From contig JBHGNT010000015.1 of assembly GCA_043228905.1 (NCBI GenBank), forward strand, positions 16,926,001 through 16,990,000: 64,000 nt of DNA, read 5' to 3'. The translations under genes and the position numbers were made by a program. This document shows positions 37,072 through 51,700 of the stretch, one piece after another; the stretch's first letter is position 1, and the number at the start of each line of letters is the position of its first letter. The notes beneath the pieces were generated by a model. It saw only the letters and a program-made list of their open reading frames with translations, searched no databases and had not been told where the DNA came from. The DNA is from Azolla caroliniana (lineage: Eukaryota; Plantae; Polypodiophyta).

Positions 37072-38436
37072 CTTAATTCTCTTCGTTCTTATCTCACCTT
37101 GCGCTGATTTTGGGGAACTCCCCTTCATTCGCCAAATGGGTTCCTTATGCTTCCTTCATACTTGGTTCGGCTTTTGGGATTCCCTTTTGCACGAGGAGAT
37201 CATGGACTCATGTGTCTTCCACCATGTTTTACGCTTTTTTTACTTCATATAATTTTTGGATGTATTTGTTTTCTCGTGCTCTTGGATTGGATTTCATTGC
37301 TTTCCCATCAATTTGCTTTTTTTTTACGGAGCCTCGTGCTTGGATGTATATGATTTCCTATTCTATTGGAGATTGTTATTTTCCAACATGAGGCCTAGTT
37401 CTTGGATGTATATGCTTTGCTTTGCTCCATGAGATCATTGCTTTCGAGTAGGTTTAAATTGTTACTAGGCCTAGTGCTTGGGTTTACCAACAGTGAAGCA
37501 TTTTTACATCACATGTGTGAAATTGAGTAGTGACTCTCAATGTTGAGAATTTTATTAATGAAGATTCCAATTGATGGTGTGCATTGTAATTGGATTTGTA
37601 ATTTATGGAACACAAACTTGAACGTTGTTGAAGGCAAATCATTGTATCGAAATGTGATACTTAAATTCACAAACTCAGGTGGGGAAAATATGCATAGCTA
37701 ACAAGTCTATAAAGCAATGATGGCCAATTCACCCCCATAATATATGTGGCAATAAATTGGTTTTAGGGGCATTTTGGGGGAAATAAGAAAATCCTTCGAT
37801 GCATTTCAAAAAGTTCCCCTAAAAGTTACATAATAAATTGGTCTATGTATCCTTTCTCAAAATGTTTACAAAGGTTGGTTCAAACTATGAGGTGACATGT
37901 TCAATGAAACAATCCTAAAAAATAAAAGTAAGCATATGTTACAGATCTCCTATATTTTAGGCATTACTTGTATGACTTTTTAAAGAGGGACTTCCTTCTT
38001 GGAGTCTAATAGATTGCCTATTGCACAAGCAACATTAACAAGACACTACGCGCTAAAGAACATTTGTGAAACGATCGCCTTTATACATACTTTAGCAACA
38101 CATGGCCCTCAACTGAAGGGTTGAAATTGACAGAAACATCCATTTCATTTCCTTGGTTTCATAGTCCTTCCATCCAGTTGTAAGAAGATTTGAGTTAGCT
38201 ACAAACCTTTATTTATTTAGTTCGTATACTGTGCAAATTTATATTATTGAGTTTACTCTTAAAAGTTGTCTTTTGGTCCAGAATTCAACATGGAATCCAT
38301 GGAGTATATTCGATTGAATAAAGCATGATCAAAGTTACTAGAAAAAGAGTGATCATACGACTAGAAAAGTAAAGAGCGATTATACGGCTAGAAAAGTGAT
38401 TTGTAAGTATAGATTATATTATTATAATTTAATCTC

Positions 38437-38481
<45 letters not shown>

Positions 38482-41400
38482 CACGCACACACACGCACAC
38501 ACACACATTACAATACACATACACATTACAATAAACAACATGGTTTAAACATCAAATTAAACATTGAAACACCGACCCTTTACACATGAATGCTTTGTCG
38601 TGGGCAATATTTACAAAGAGTATAGTTTACATGCTATATTTTAAGTGAATATAACACTTGTATGGTGTTTTGCAACAACACACGATGACTCATTTTTAGC
38701 ATTGCCCTGTGAAGGGCAATGTCATCCTTTTCTCTTCTTCTATCATGATAAAATCGGCTTGACTTTGATGTTGTAAAGCCATTTTTTTGAAGCAAATTAA
38801 TATAACTCTTCATGAGGGAACATGCCGCCTTTAAAACCATTATCGAGAAGGCTCAAACTAATCATCTAAATATTCCAAAGCACAATATTTATGCCTCGTC
38901 ATCATTTTCATTTATGTATTTGAATTTTAGAACTAGACGATGATCATCATGATTCTTTGGGGACAACCTATGGGATGCCCAAAGACGCTTATATAACGCA
39001 TAAAGGCAATTGCCAATGCTAGTTGCAAATGGTGTTGTGGTGTGTAATTTGTGGTATGAAAAACTACTAGGTGCAATTTTTTCTTTTTAAATATGTTACT
39101 AGCTAATCAAGCCTATCAAATTTGGCTCTTGAGATATACAATTACTATAATGTTTTCTTGGGCTAACCTAAAGCCAATAAGTGGGATAACAAGAATCCAT
39201 ATGCTAACACATTATGAAAACAAGATGTTTTTATAAAAAAACTATATTTTTTGATGCATTTTCAAGAACTATATATTGCACATATTGACTAGGTTAGAAT
39301 TCAGTTCCAATGAAGAAAAACAAAGTGTGTAAGCATAGTGCATTACCAATCTTGGCACCGACGACAATATTTATCATTCATTCATTCTTTTTCTCAAAAA
39401 ATCTTGTGTTCAAGCTAAAGAATACTATAATTTTTCATAATATACTCTTGTTGCAATAATGCACATGTAGCTCAAAGTTTAGAAAGAAAGAATTCATGAT
39501 AATTGGGATATAACATGAGGGGCACGTGTAGCGTAAGAAAAAAAGTCTTGTGTTGTTCCTTACAAAGAACGAGACAAACTACTGACACATCTTTCTTTCT
39601 CAAATATTAATGATAAATTATAATAATTATATATAGAGAGGGGTCTTTCTTTCTTTACGACAAAGAAAGACAAAAGTCTTGGATCTGGGAGGAAAGTATG
39701 AGGACATGACACAAGTGATGGAATCGAATGAGCTAACGAAATCTTCCTCAAATTCATGGTTATTCATTATGTCGAATGCAAGACTTTGCTCTTGGTTTAC
39801 AAATATTACCATAACATCCGAAATCTACATCCCAAGTTACAAGAGGAGTTGAAATCACCATGGCTTAGCTTTGTAAGATATTTTAACTATTGGACCATAC
39901 AAGTCTATAAATAATTTTGGAACTAGATACATAGTTCTCACACAACAAATAGATCAAGTATGTGTGCATGTATATGTTAGAAAAGTCACGAAATCCCAAC
40001 CATGAAGAGAGTCAAATTGTGTAAAGTGACATGTCATCATCTAAATTGGAGTGTAGGTTGCGATTGAGCTCGTATTATTTGGATCCCTAGAGCTCTAAAG
40101 TTTGTTGTAAGTTAGTCATGGTGGTGTTTTCTTTCATAATGAAAGGCATTGTTTATGAATAAAACAAAGAAAGAGAGATTAACACAAGTATATAAAAGAC
40201 AAGCACATTAAACTAAAACTATATAATGAATGATGCTTTAGCTTTTACCAGAGGGTTTCTTTATATAACATTACCTTCTCACTAGATTGCAACTAAAATT
40301 TCCCCACATAAAGAATTTAGGTAGAATATAAAATTTCGTTTGCATTAACTATATGGCAAGGGAGTTACATCAATGGGAATTACAATATTATGAGAAGGGA
40401 GTGAATGGGTTTTAATGCACACATGTGCACCCACCAATTGTGTGATAATTTATATGTTGGACAATTGACACACATGAATGCACCCACTACTTGAGGGACC
40501 AGACACATTGGACAATTGAACTCCATTTGTCAACAATGTCAAAGGATCTTGTTACAATCTCCGTTTTGTTGATAAGAGCATGCATAAGGAGGTGCATGGA
40601 TGCAACTATTAAAATCATATTATGGCTTTGGATGTGATGGTGCATCAACACTAAATCATCAATTGAATTCACATACGACTTCATGAATCTACCAATACAA
40701 AAGATGTCAAACAATGTAGTATATTTGAGTTTAAAGTATATCTAAACAAGAGGCATTGCTTAAGTTCAAATTCAGGTCAATATGTTGTTGACAGGTAGAT
40801 GATCCTTTCTTTTAGTTTCTCTTCCAAAACCAACACAAACTTTATTTCCTTTGATTTTAAGAATATGCCCACTCAAAAACATATTATTCTTTTTAATATA
40901 TTAGTTAGTTAGTATAGCAAAAGGAGTGCCCCATTATGCTACTTGGAAAATAATACAACATCAATTAGGTTCAAGCCTCAATCATGTAATTTTGTGTTTC
41001 CATAACAATCAGGTGATTGTATCATTTCTAAATTGCGTTTCCGTTTGTTGATTGTAAATAGTTTGAGAATTGAAGGGATCTATAATGGATTACAACGTGT
41101 TTATAAAACTTTTCAAGTCCTTTGAAATAATATTAAATTCAAAGAATTATAACATTTGGGTAAGGAAAAAAGATAGTGGGGATTGCATAATTGCAGTTTG
41201 CTTATTGTTGTCATCTAAGAATGTAAGGGCTACATTTGTTGTGAGTTGTGCAACCACATTGTATATTTCTGTAAAAAAACCTCTCCTAAAAGCGTCTTTT
41301 TTGGGAAAAAGAAAGAGAAGAATGTAAGGGCTAACTGCCAAAAGAGTTTTACAAGGACTTTGTTCAAATGACTCTTCTGATTGTACTTGAAAACAACTCT

Positions 41401-42112
41401 TAGAGTGGATCCACAATAAGTAAAATTGCTCCTATAATCCCCTCAATACTAAATAGCCTAGATATCACATGGCACCATATATTTAGTTAACTTGGAAGGA
41501 ACAACCACAATTTTGAACATTCTATGGAAAACAATTGACAAGGTCCAATGTGGAGGGATATGATAGTCTCAACTTGATAATCGTACATGTACAAAAGGTT
41601 AGGGGTTAATGTGGTTTTTTTCCATGTGTCAAACTGTTAAAGGTAGTGCATGGGGGAGCAATAATTATATGATTAATGGTTGGTAGGAGAGTGGATACCT
41701 TGTTGTTGTGGTCTAAACTACAAAGACATCATATCAATATTATTTACAGAAAACAAGAGGTGCCTAGAAAACACTTGTAATAGAGCGTTCAACAAGCGAA
41801 GTGTAGTTCTAGAACAACTACACTAACAACATTTGAAGAATGAGAGTTGTAACTAATTTGCTCTTAAGTGAGCAAGTGTAGATACAACTCAATGAACGAA
41901 GAATGAAGACTAACCCTAGACAAAGTCCTTTCTATAACTCCCTTTTCTATGGTGGGTTCTTACATCAAATAACTAACTTATTTACCATGCTCGTTGCACT
42001 CGCTTTTCATTGATTACATGTTTAAGGGTGGTTGGTGTTTGTTTTGTAGCCGATCTCATGTTCGTTCCTATCGCGGTTGTTGTAGTGTTCGCGCCTCCTG
42101 TGGCCTTATGCA

Positions 42113-45100
42113 TTGGATAAGATCACAGTTGACCTCGTGCTATCAGAAGAGGATAAAATCACAGTGGTAGGTGAGGTACATAGGTTGGAAGCATTTTCAC
42201 TGGTTGTGCATGTGCAAGGTTCAAGGCCCAATCGATTGGAACTCCGTCATATTTTATATGCTGCTTTTTCGGAGGAAATGGATAACATCCTTGACATTCA
42301 ATTTATGCCCAGAGGATGTTACCATGTGGAGTTGGCAGATGAGGAATCTGTCAACAAGCTTTTGCGATTAAAGAGGCGGGTGTGGAAGGTGCATGGATTT
42401 CCTTTCACAAATGGTCGCATAATGTTAAGGTGGATGACATTTTACAGGATCAGGAAGCTAGAATGGTTTTTTCGGTGGTATTCCTTGGTTTGCGGAAGGA
42501 GTGGAGGAACGTTCTTCCTCGCATTGGGGCTTTACTAGGTAAACTCATTGCTACGCGCGATGGACATGTTGTTGCGTCAGATAGAGGGGGTGTGGTTCCA
42601 GCAGTTCGGTTGATCGCACTAAGACTCCGGTGCTGCAAATGTGTATTATCAAGGTTTTCCGGATCAATGTTTTGTGTCATCAATTTGGTTATTTAGGTCG
42701 AGATTGTTAGAAGCGACGCCCAAATGTAGAAGCCCTTAGGCCTAATCAACCAGTGGTTACTAAAGATGGCGGGTCTACAGTTTCAGCAAAACATGTTTTT
42801 AAATCGACTATTATAGTGATTAATCCAGTCTTATTACTTGAAGGTAACCCTTTTCACTCTTTACAGGAAGTGGAAAAGGATGCGAGTAATTTTAAAATGG
42901 ATAGAGGACTTTCTCCATCAATTTTTACAAAGGAACATCGTGTGGCACATAAGTCCAAGGACATCCTTTCACATGTACAACCTTTGGAATCGGTTAATAA
43001 AGTTAATAATCAACTTAATAAGGGTAAACAACACGTTTTTGATCATGTACAACAATATGATATGCCCCTAAGCCTGACTGACATTCAACAAACTGAAGTG
43101 GGCAAGGTAGGCATTGCACATGTTGACATGAATTGTGAGGCTATAATTGCTTTCACTACAACGGATAGGTCTTCTGGTAAGGTTCATATAGTAGATAAAC
43201 ACATGACAGTGCGGTCACATAAGTTGATAGGGAAAGACCTCTGGTCTAATAGGAGACAATTACGGGCCTCAGAAGATGGAAGAAAGGGTAGAGATGTTGC
43301 ACTTGCCGAAAGAAGAATAGGAGGAAAAAATATGAATGATGGATAGGTTAAATATTATATCATGGAATGTACGAGGTCTAGGAGGTAGAAATTGTCGTAA
43401 AGTAAGGAGTGTTTTTCGCCGTCAATTGAGGAAGTCTTTGATAGGTAGGATTGATGTTCTTTTGATTCAAGAGCACCATTTAAATGAACAAAGGATTTGG
43501 AAATATGGAAATTTGTTGCCAGGTCAATGGAGGCAGCTTTGGGTGCCTGTAGTTGGTGATAATAGGCTGAAAGCTGGACTCTGTATAGTAATAAACGATA
43601 CTTATTTGTTCTCATTCTTACATGATGGAGTCTTGTCATGTGGTCGAGGTCAATATGCAAATTTTCAAATAGGTTTGAAGAAGTGGGGTTTATTGAATAT
43701 TTATGCTCCGAATAATGCAAGAGATAGAACGATATTTTGGAAGAGCATAATTTCACAGTTACCCACTATGGACCATTGGGCGATTGCAGGTGATTTTAAT
43801 ATGTTAGAGGATGTGTGTGATAGGGTAGGAGGAAGGTCACATACAGTAGCTAGTTCAGAATTATATGAATGGGAACGACTGATTTTTTCTTTGGGATTAA
43901 TGGATTTGTGACATGTGTCTTCCTTTGTAAGGCTAGGATTCTTTAGCGTACTCCAGATCAAATAGAAGAGAGTTACATATCAATTTGTCTAGGTTAGATA
44001 GATTCTAGGCCGATAAGTTTCTATGGGACAAAGGAGGCTCCATTGTAATTTTACCTTCATTTTCCTTTTCTGATCATGCACCACTTCGTTTAATTTTAGT
44101 TTTACAGGAACAATATAAAACTTCTAGATTTCAAATTCCGAATTGTGTGTTGCTTAGACAAGATTGTGTTCCTGTTGTGCATAAAATTTGGAATAAGTAT
44201 GTCTATTGTTATGATTATGCATTATCTAGTGTTCAAAAGGCTATTACTAAAATACAACAATTTTTTCACTATAAGGCCAAACAAATATTTCAGGCGTCTT
44301 TCACTAAAATATGAAGACTTCGGAGGGAATTGAGGTCCTTGTAGTGTTTGCAAGAGAGAAGGCCATATTCAACTTATATAAGTTCTAGAGTGATACAAGT
44401 AGGGAATCAGATATTAGAATTACAAAAGGTTTCTACTGAATTTACTTACCACAATATAACATCTGAATGGGCAGAGTCGGGAGATAAAGTAAATAAAATG
44501 TTCTTTAAAGTGCATAACCACCATAAGGCGGCTGCTAAGATTTCCCGTTTAAAATGTCCTGATGGCTCTTATACCAATGATCCTAGTCAGATGCGGCAAA
44601 TAGCCTCTGAATATTATGAAGATTTGTTGAAGGCTCGATCCTTTTTTGCTGACGATTTATCTAAACGGGATATTATTTGGTCGAGGATTCAACATAGAGT
44701 GTCTGTTAAACTTTCTGAATGTCTTTTGCAACCACTAAGTCCTCAAGAGATTTTTATAGTAGCAAAGAGCTTAGCAAAGGATGTTTATCTTGGATTGGAT
44801 GGGCCAAGGGTTCAATGGTATATACAATATTGGGATTTGATAGGTGAGGGACTGACTAACTAAAGCTTATCAACAGGTTTTAGATTCTGGAAATATGCCG
44901 CAAGAATGGAATGATGGTTTAATTTACATGATTCCCAAAGCAATGGTGTTGTATCGACAACGGGTTAGTTAGAGGAGCTTCGGCATTGGAGGCCAATTAC
45001 TTTGTTGAATGTTATTTATAAGATATTAGCCAAAACGTTAGCTAGAAGTTTACAACCTTATCTTTCTGAACTGATTCATGATTCACAGATAGGTTTTATA

Positions 45101-47646
45101 CAAGAGCGAAGTATTTTTGATAATATTATTCTTTTTTGGGAAATGGTAGCTTTTGCTGAAGTGCAGAATCAAGAGTTGGCCGTGGTATTTTTGGATTTCG
45201 AAAAAGCTTATGACAGAGTAGATTGGGATTTCATGGAGGGTCTTTTCTCAAGATAGGTTTTCCAAACAGATGGATACGGTGTGTTTCAGCATTATATCGT
45301 AATGCACATAGTTCGCTTTTATTTGCAGGGGATGTTGGTAGGCGTTTCTCTATTTCAAGATTAGTAAGACAAGGATGTCCACTTGCTCTTTTATGTTTTT
45401 ATTAGTATTTGAAGTGTTTTCTATACACTTAAATTCTCAACATGTTAATATCAAAGGTTTAACATTTCCATTTGCAGATGTTGGCGTCGATAGTGAGTTT
45501 GCTGATGATACAACTCTTTATGTTCAACAATTTAACTTGTTGCAAGTTCAAAAAGTTGTGGGTGACTTCTCAGATGCATCGGGTGCATTGATCAATTGGG
45601 ATAAATCATTAGGTTTTTGGGTGGCATCGGGAGATTCTCCATTTAATGTACCTAGCGCAGGTTTCACGTGGATCCCTAAAGGGCAGTCCATTAGGTATTT
45701 AGGATGTAGAGTGGGGTTAGGATTAAAGGTAGAAGATATGATTGCGCCCTTGTTGTTAAGATTAAGGAATAAGCTAATATACTGGAATAAGGAAAAGTTA
45801 TCCCTAGCAGGACGTGTAGTTGCAAATTCTGTGCTTTTGTCCTCCATTTGGTATATAACGTCTACATGGTTGTTTTCTAGGTCAATAATGCTTAAAGTTC
45901 AACGGCTAGTGCGGAATTTTATTTGGGGGAATGCCATTGTACACAATACTATAGCAAAGGTATCTTGGTCGGTTCTTATACAACCAAAACAAAAAGGAGG
46001 TTTAAGTTTGATTGATCCTTTTATGCAAAGTAAAGCATTATTTGCTAAACATGTTGTTAGGAGGTTATTGCCAGGAGAGGAGGTATGGAAAAAGTTATGG
46101 ATATGCCATTTATATAAATTTAAACCATCGGTTGGTGGTCAATGGCGTGTTAGCCTTAGATGGTTCTTTAACTAAGATTTTCCGTTGCCTAAGTTGACGG
46201 TTGGGTCTTTACGGTTTTTTAATGGAATTCTAAGGGCATGGGAAAGTATTCGTCGAGCACTTGTTTTCGTGCCACCAAAAACATATAATCAATTAATGCG
46301 TCAATCGTTGTTATGGAATCCTTTATTTACTAATGATGCGGCATGTGTTTTAGGTTTACGAGCTAGGCTATCTTGGGCTGCAATGGATAATGGACCAGCT
46401 CGTACGGTTGCGGATTGGGTAAATTTCCTGCAAACTTCAATGCAAGACCAAAAGACTAGGGTGTTTAATTTCAGAGAGGCAAACATTATGCTCTCTCAAG
46501 TGTCAACGGTGTTAGGTAACATTGCCAACTTTGCAATTTGTTCATTTTCAGAATTGGTATGGTATGTTTTTGACATTGAATATACTTATAAGAGCTCGTT
46601 TCTATCATCAAAATGGCAACCTCTCCTTTTATGAAGTTTTGGATAATGGTAGGTTGTTTTTAGTGGGGGAGGAGTCTTCAATTATATCTTCTGCCAAGCA
46701 GCTGCCAGTGAGAGTAATTGCTAGATTAGATAAAAAGATATTTATAGATTCGAATCCATTAATTGCTAAGTATTCATCTCATATGTGGGTTTTACACTCT
46801 AGGCCAATTGCTAATCTGCGGTGGGATCCATCAGATTATGGTTGGAAGCTGCCCATGTCTGACACTGCGCAAACGAAAGTTCTTCCTTTTTTCGCATATT
46901 CTATGGCATTGGGTAGAAATGTTTTGTTAAATGAGATAGAGTCAATACCTACGGGGAAAAAATATTGGGAGGAAGGTAATGTGTCATCTTCATATATGTT
47001 GAAGTTCTGGAAACAGTTTTGGTCACTTAAATGTATGAACAAGGTATTGCATTTTTGATGGTTAATGATTCATTATGCATTGCCAGTAGGAGCTTTATTG
47101 AGGAGAACAGTACCTGATCGATCATGTGGTAGGTGTGGTTTTGCATCTGAGACATTGCATCATGCTTTTTGGGAATGTGTTACGGCCAAATGTTTTTGGT
47201 CTCGTATTCTTAGGCTTTTAGGTCGTAAGTATAGGGTGGCTATATTCACGTGGGGTACAATCTTTTGGGGTACGTTGGCTTAACAAACGGTTTTTTATCA
47301 TCATCATAATTCATCGTTGACTTTACATGTGAAAAGTTTCCAGGTGTACGTTACATCAAGCTCCTTGCAGGGAGTCAAGTTTTTTTCTAGGTGTTATGTT
47401 TGGAACATTATCTCCTCTTTGGCCTTATGGATTATTAGGAAAGCGAGGTGTTCTAAAATATATAATGATGAACAAACTAATGTTGTGGATCAAGTTAAAT
47501 CTTTCTGGGAATTATTGGTAAATACGGTTAAAGGGGAATATGATAGTTATAAGGGGTTTGGAAATGTAGCTAACTGGAAAAGAAGGAGAATTAGGAGAGT
47601 AATCTCATTCTGTTTTTTGATACAGGTTCTCGATGGTATAAATTGA
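42113..47646 (+). mobile_element. Decayed L1-clade LINE (ORF1, APE, RT, zf-RVT)
   Basis: IISWNVRGLG..QEHH..NIYAPN..AGDFN, WRPITLLNV.YKILAK, FLDFEKAYDRVDW, RQGCPL, FADDT, RYLG, CGRCG..ETLHHAFWEC. Many stops and frameshifts. Confidence 0.9.
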
Positions 47647-48706
47647 GATGGTTGTTGTGGTCATTGAAGCAAATTGTCTATTTTTTAAGGATGAGAGAAT
47701 CATGGTGGTGTTGGGGGCTGAAGCAATGTTTTTTATGAGGGGATGACGATAACACATTCACTCTATTTTTTGTTTGTATAGGACTGCACAGATGGTTGAT
47801 GTGGAAAATGAAGAAACTTGGAGAGGATGAGGATAACACATTTCTGTAGAGGTTCTTGGTGGTATAAATCGAGATGGTTGATGTGGTCATTGAAGCAAAT
47901 TCTCCATTTTTTAAGGATGAGTGAATCATGGTGGTGTTGGGGGCTGAAACAATGTTGTAATGAGGGGATGAGGATAGCACATTCACTCTATTTTTGTTTG
48001 TATAGGACTTCAATGACAAACGAACAGAGGTTGATGTGGAAAACGAAGAAAATTGTAAAGGATGAGTGACGCTGGTGTCGGGGAAGAAGCAGAATTTTAG
48101 GAGGGGATTAAGAGAGTAGTGTCATTATGTTTTTGTTTGGTATATAAAGGTTTTGCTATGATATGGCGAGATGGTTGTTGTGGACGTTAGTGTGTAGTAG
48201 TCGGTGACATGTTGGTTGGGGAAAAGGAAGCATGTTTCACTCTATTTTTATTTATTTATTGTTTGTATAGGACTGCACAAATGGTTGATGTGGAAAACGA
48301 AGAAACTTGGAGAGGATGAGGATAACACATTTCTGTAGAGGATGAGTGACGATGGTGTAGGGGGATGAAGCATAATTTCATGAGGGGATTAGGAGAGTAA
48401 TCTCATTCTGTTTTATTGGTACAGGTTCTCGGTGGTATAAATCGAGATGGTTGATGTGGTCATTGAAGCAAATTCTCTATTTTTTAAAGATGAGTGAATC
48501 ATGGTGTTCTTGGGGCTGAAGCAATGTTTTTATGAGGGGATGAGGATAGCACATTCACTCTATTTTTTGTTTGTACAGAACTTCAATGGAAAACGAACAG
48601 AGGTTGATGTGGAAAACGAAGAAAATTGTAAAGGATGAGTGACGCTAGTGTCGGGGGAAGAAGTGGAATTTCATGAGGGGATTAAGATAGTAGTGTCATT
48701 ATGTTT
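47590..48706. repeat. Degenerate hierarchical tandem array at the L1 3' end; resumes at 54354-54540 after the Copia insertion
   Basis: Recurrent GAGATGGTTGATGTGG.., TGAGGGGATGAGG.. and CATTCACTCTATTTTTGTTTGTA modules. The rejoined junction 48690-48706 + 54359 onward matches the intact unit at 48117-48240. Confidence 0.75.
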
Positions 48707-51700
48707 TGACGGGAACTCCCGTGTCCTTATGTCCAACGGTCGGCCACAACCGAGCTTCTTTTCATATGCAGAAAATGGGAAACAAATGCACGACAGAAAG
48801 GAGAGAAAATACATAGGAGGTTTACGTGGAAAACCCCAAACTAGGGGAAAAACCACGGCAGCCCACAGGCTGCAAACTGTCACTATGTAAGAATGTACAA
48901 ACAGTGAGTTCACGGAGGCAACGACCTCGTGCTCACGATCTTCGCCACAGGCGGCGGTTACAACAGAGGCAACGACCTCGTTCTCTCTCTCTCTCTCTCT
49001 CTTTGTACAGTTACGCACTCTCTCTTCTTCTTGCACCAACAAGAAAAATGACAGCCACTACAACAGTAACTAAAAGTTTGGCCTAAGTCATATTTATACT
49101 AATATGACTTTTCGGCTATTTACAAATATAGCCTCGATGGCCTCTCAAAAATATATTTATGAATATGTCTCTTCATCCGGTTCATACCGGGTCTACACCA
49201 TCCGGCTCTCCGTATCCGGGTACTCTTCATCCGGTTCATACCGGGTCTGCACCATCCGGCTCTCCGTAGCCGGGTACTCCTCATCCGGTTCATACCGGGC
49301 CTGCACCATCCGGCTCTTTGTAGCCCGGTACTCCTCATCCGGTTCATACTGGGTCTGCACCATCCGGCTCTCCGTAGCCGGATACTCCTCATCTGGTTCA
49401 TACCGGGTCTGCACCATCCGGCTCTCCGTAGCCGGGTACTCCTCATCCGGTTTCGGCCTTGGCCTATTGGCCTCGTCCGGGCTTGTTCATCGGCACTGTT
49501 CTTCTCCCTTCCCATCCGGAGGGACCTGTCTCCCAACAAACTCCCCCTTCACTCCGGCATGGGGTGTCTTACCAGTCCAATCCTCTTCCGGCATGCGTCC
49601 AGCTTGTCGGGTGTCAGAACTTTGGTCAGCATATCTGACCCGTTCTCGGCCGTGTGGATCTTCGTCAGTGCGAACTCCTGGTCATCTACTCTTTCCCGGA
49701 TCTAGTGATACCTCCGCTGGATATGCTTCGTCCGGGAATGGTAGGCCGCATTCTTAGCAAGGTGGATGGCACTTTGACTGTCGCAATAGAGTCGGTATTC
49801 CTCTTGCCGTATACCGAGCTCTCCGATGAAGTCCTTCATCCATAAAATTTCCTTGCCGGCTTCCACAGCTGCCATGTACTCCGCCTCCGTGGTTGACAAT
49901 GCAACCGTCTTTTGCAGCCTCGATTGCCACGAAACAGCTCCCCCTGCATATGTCATTACATACCCGGATGTAGACCGGCTGGTATCCACATCAGCCGACA
50001 TGTCTGAATCGGTGAAATCGTCCAGTTGAGGTTTTCTGGAGCCGAATCGGAGACACATATTTGAAGTGCCCTTCAAATACCGGAGTATCCATTTGACCGC
50101 GTTCCAGTGCTCCTTGCCGGGATTACTCATGAACCGGCTCACCACTTCGACTGCATATCCTATGTCTGGTCGGGTACAAACCATTGAGTACATCAAGCTC
50201 CCGATGGCAGAGGCATATGGAATCTTCATCATATCCGCCTTCGCTGCTTTCGTCTTCGGGCTTTGGTTGCCGGATAGCCTGCAGTTTGCCAGAAGTGTCG
50301 ATCCGACCGGTTTCGCTTTTGACATGTTGAACCGGTGAAGCACCTTTGTCACATACTTCTCTTGTGATAGCCATAATTGCTTCGCTGACCGGTTTCGGAT
50401 GATGTGCATCCCCAACATCTGTCTTGCCGAACCCAAGTCTTTCATTGAGAAGGTCTGGTTGAGAGCCTTCTTTAGCATCCATATTTTGACTTGGTCTCGT
50501 CCGACGATCAACATGTCATCCACGTACAGAAGGAGTATCAGGAAGTCTCCTCCTTCAAACTTCTTCACAAACACGCAGTGATCGGCCTGCATCTTGTGGT
50601 ACCCTTGATCGGTCATGAAGGAGTCGAACTTCTGGTACCATTGTCGGGGAGCCTGCTTCAGTCCGTACAGGCTCTTCTTCAACCGGCATACCAGGTGCTC
50701 CTTCCCTTTCTCCACGAATCCTTCCGGTTGCTGCATGTAGATCTCCTCTTCGAGGTCGCCGTGAAGGAATGCCGTCTTCACGTCTAGCTGCTCTACCTCG
50801 AGGTCCATGCTTGCTGCTATACTCAGCACCGTCCGGATGGAGGTCATCTTTACTACCGGGGCAAATATCTCGTCGAAGTCCACGCCCTTCTTCTGCTGGA
50901 ACCCCTTCACCACGATCCTGGCTTTGTATCTCGGGGGGTTGCCGGCATCTCCCGGTTTCAACTTGTACACCCACTTGTTCCGGAGTGCCCCCTTTCCTTT
51001 TGGCAACTCCACCAATTCATATGTATGGTTCTCATGCAAGGAATCCATCTCATCCTGCATGGCACTTAACCATTTTCGGCTGTGGGTGTCAACCTTCGCT
51101 TCTTCGAAGCTTTCCGGCTCCCCCTCATTGGTCAGCAGAACATGCTCTGCATCCGGAAATCTCCGGGGCGCCCTTCTCTCTCTGAGAGGATATCTCCGTC
51201 TTCGGGCTTTGGTAACTGGCTCCTCTATTTGCTCTTTATCTGAATCCGATTCGGGGTCTTGGCCGGTTCCGGTCTCAACTTCCTCTACTTCTTCTTCTGC
51301 CGGTTCGGTATCCTCACCATATCCGGCTGGTTCTTCGAATGCTAACTGGTCTCTCGCCGGTTGGGTCTGCTCATCGTAGAGTCGATCTTTACCGGTCAAC
51401 TCGGAGTTCATTATCTTCTTCTCCGACTCCCAGTCGGCGAGCGTCTTGTCCTCCATGAAGATAATATCTCAACTTCGGAATACCTTCTTGTTGACCGGGT
51501 CCCACACTCGGTAGCCGAACTCATCCTCACCGTAACCGAGGAATATGCATGGCCGGGTCTTTGGATCTAACTTTCCTCTCCGGTCCTTTGCTACATGCAC
51601 GTATGCGAGACACCCGAACACCTTCAGATGCCGGTAGGACACTTCCTTACCGGTCCATACTCTCTGTGGCGTGTCTCCGTCCAAGGGTACTGAGGGTGAT

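Noticed and set aside
37100-42100. Short ORFs in the AT-rich intergenic stretch
   Set aside because: No recognisable motifs, exon chain or element termini.
49104-49757. ORFs with 18-aa repeats (EPDEEYPATESRMVQTRY and other frames; also 462-806, 54027-54422, 57662-58093)
   Set aside because: These arise because the 54-bp LTR unit is a multiple of three. The other unit type has a TGA in that frame, and there is no domain signal.
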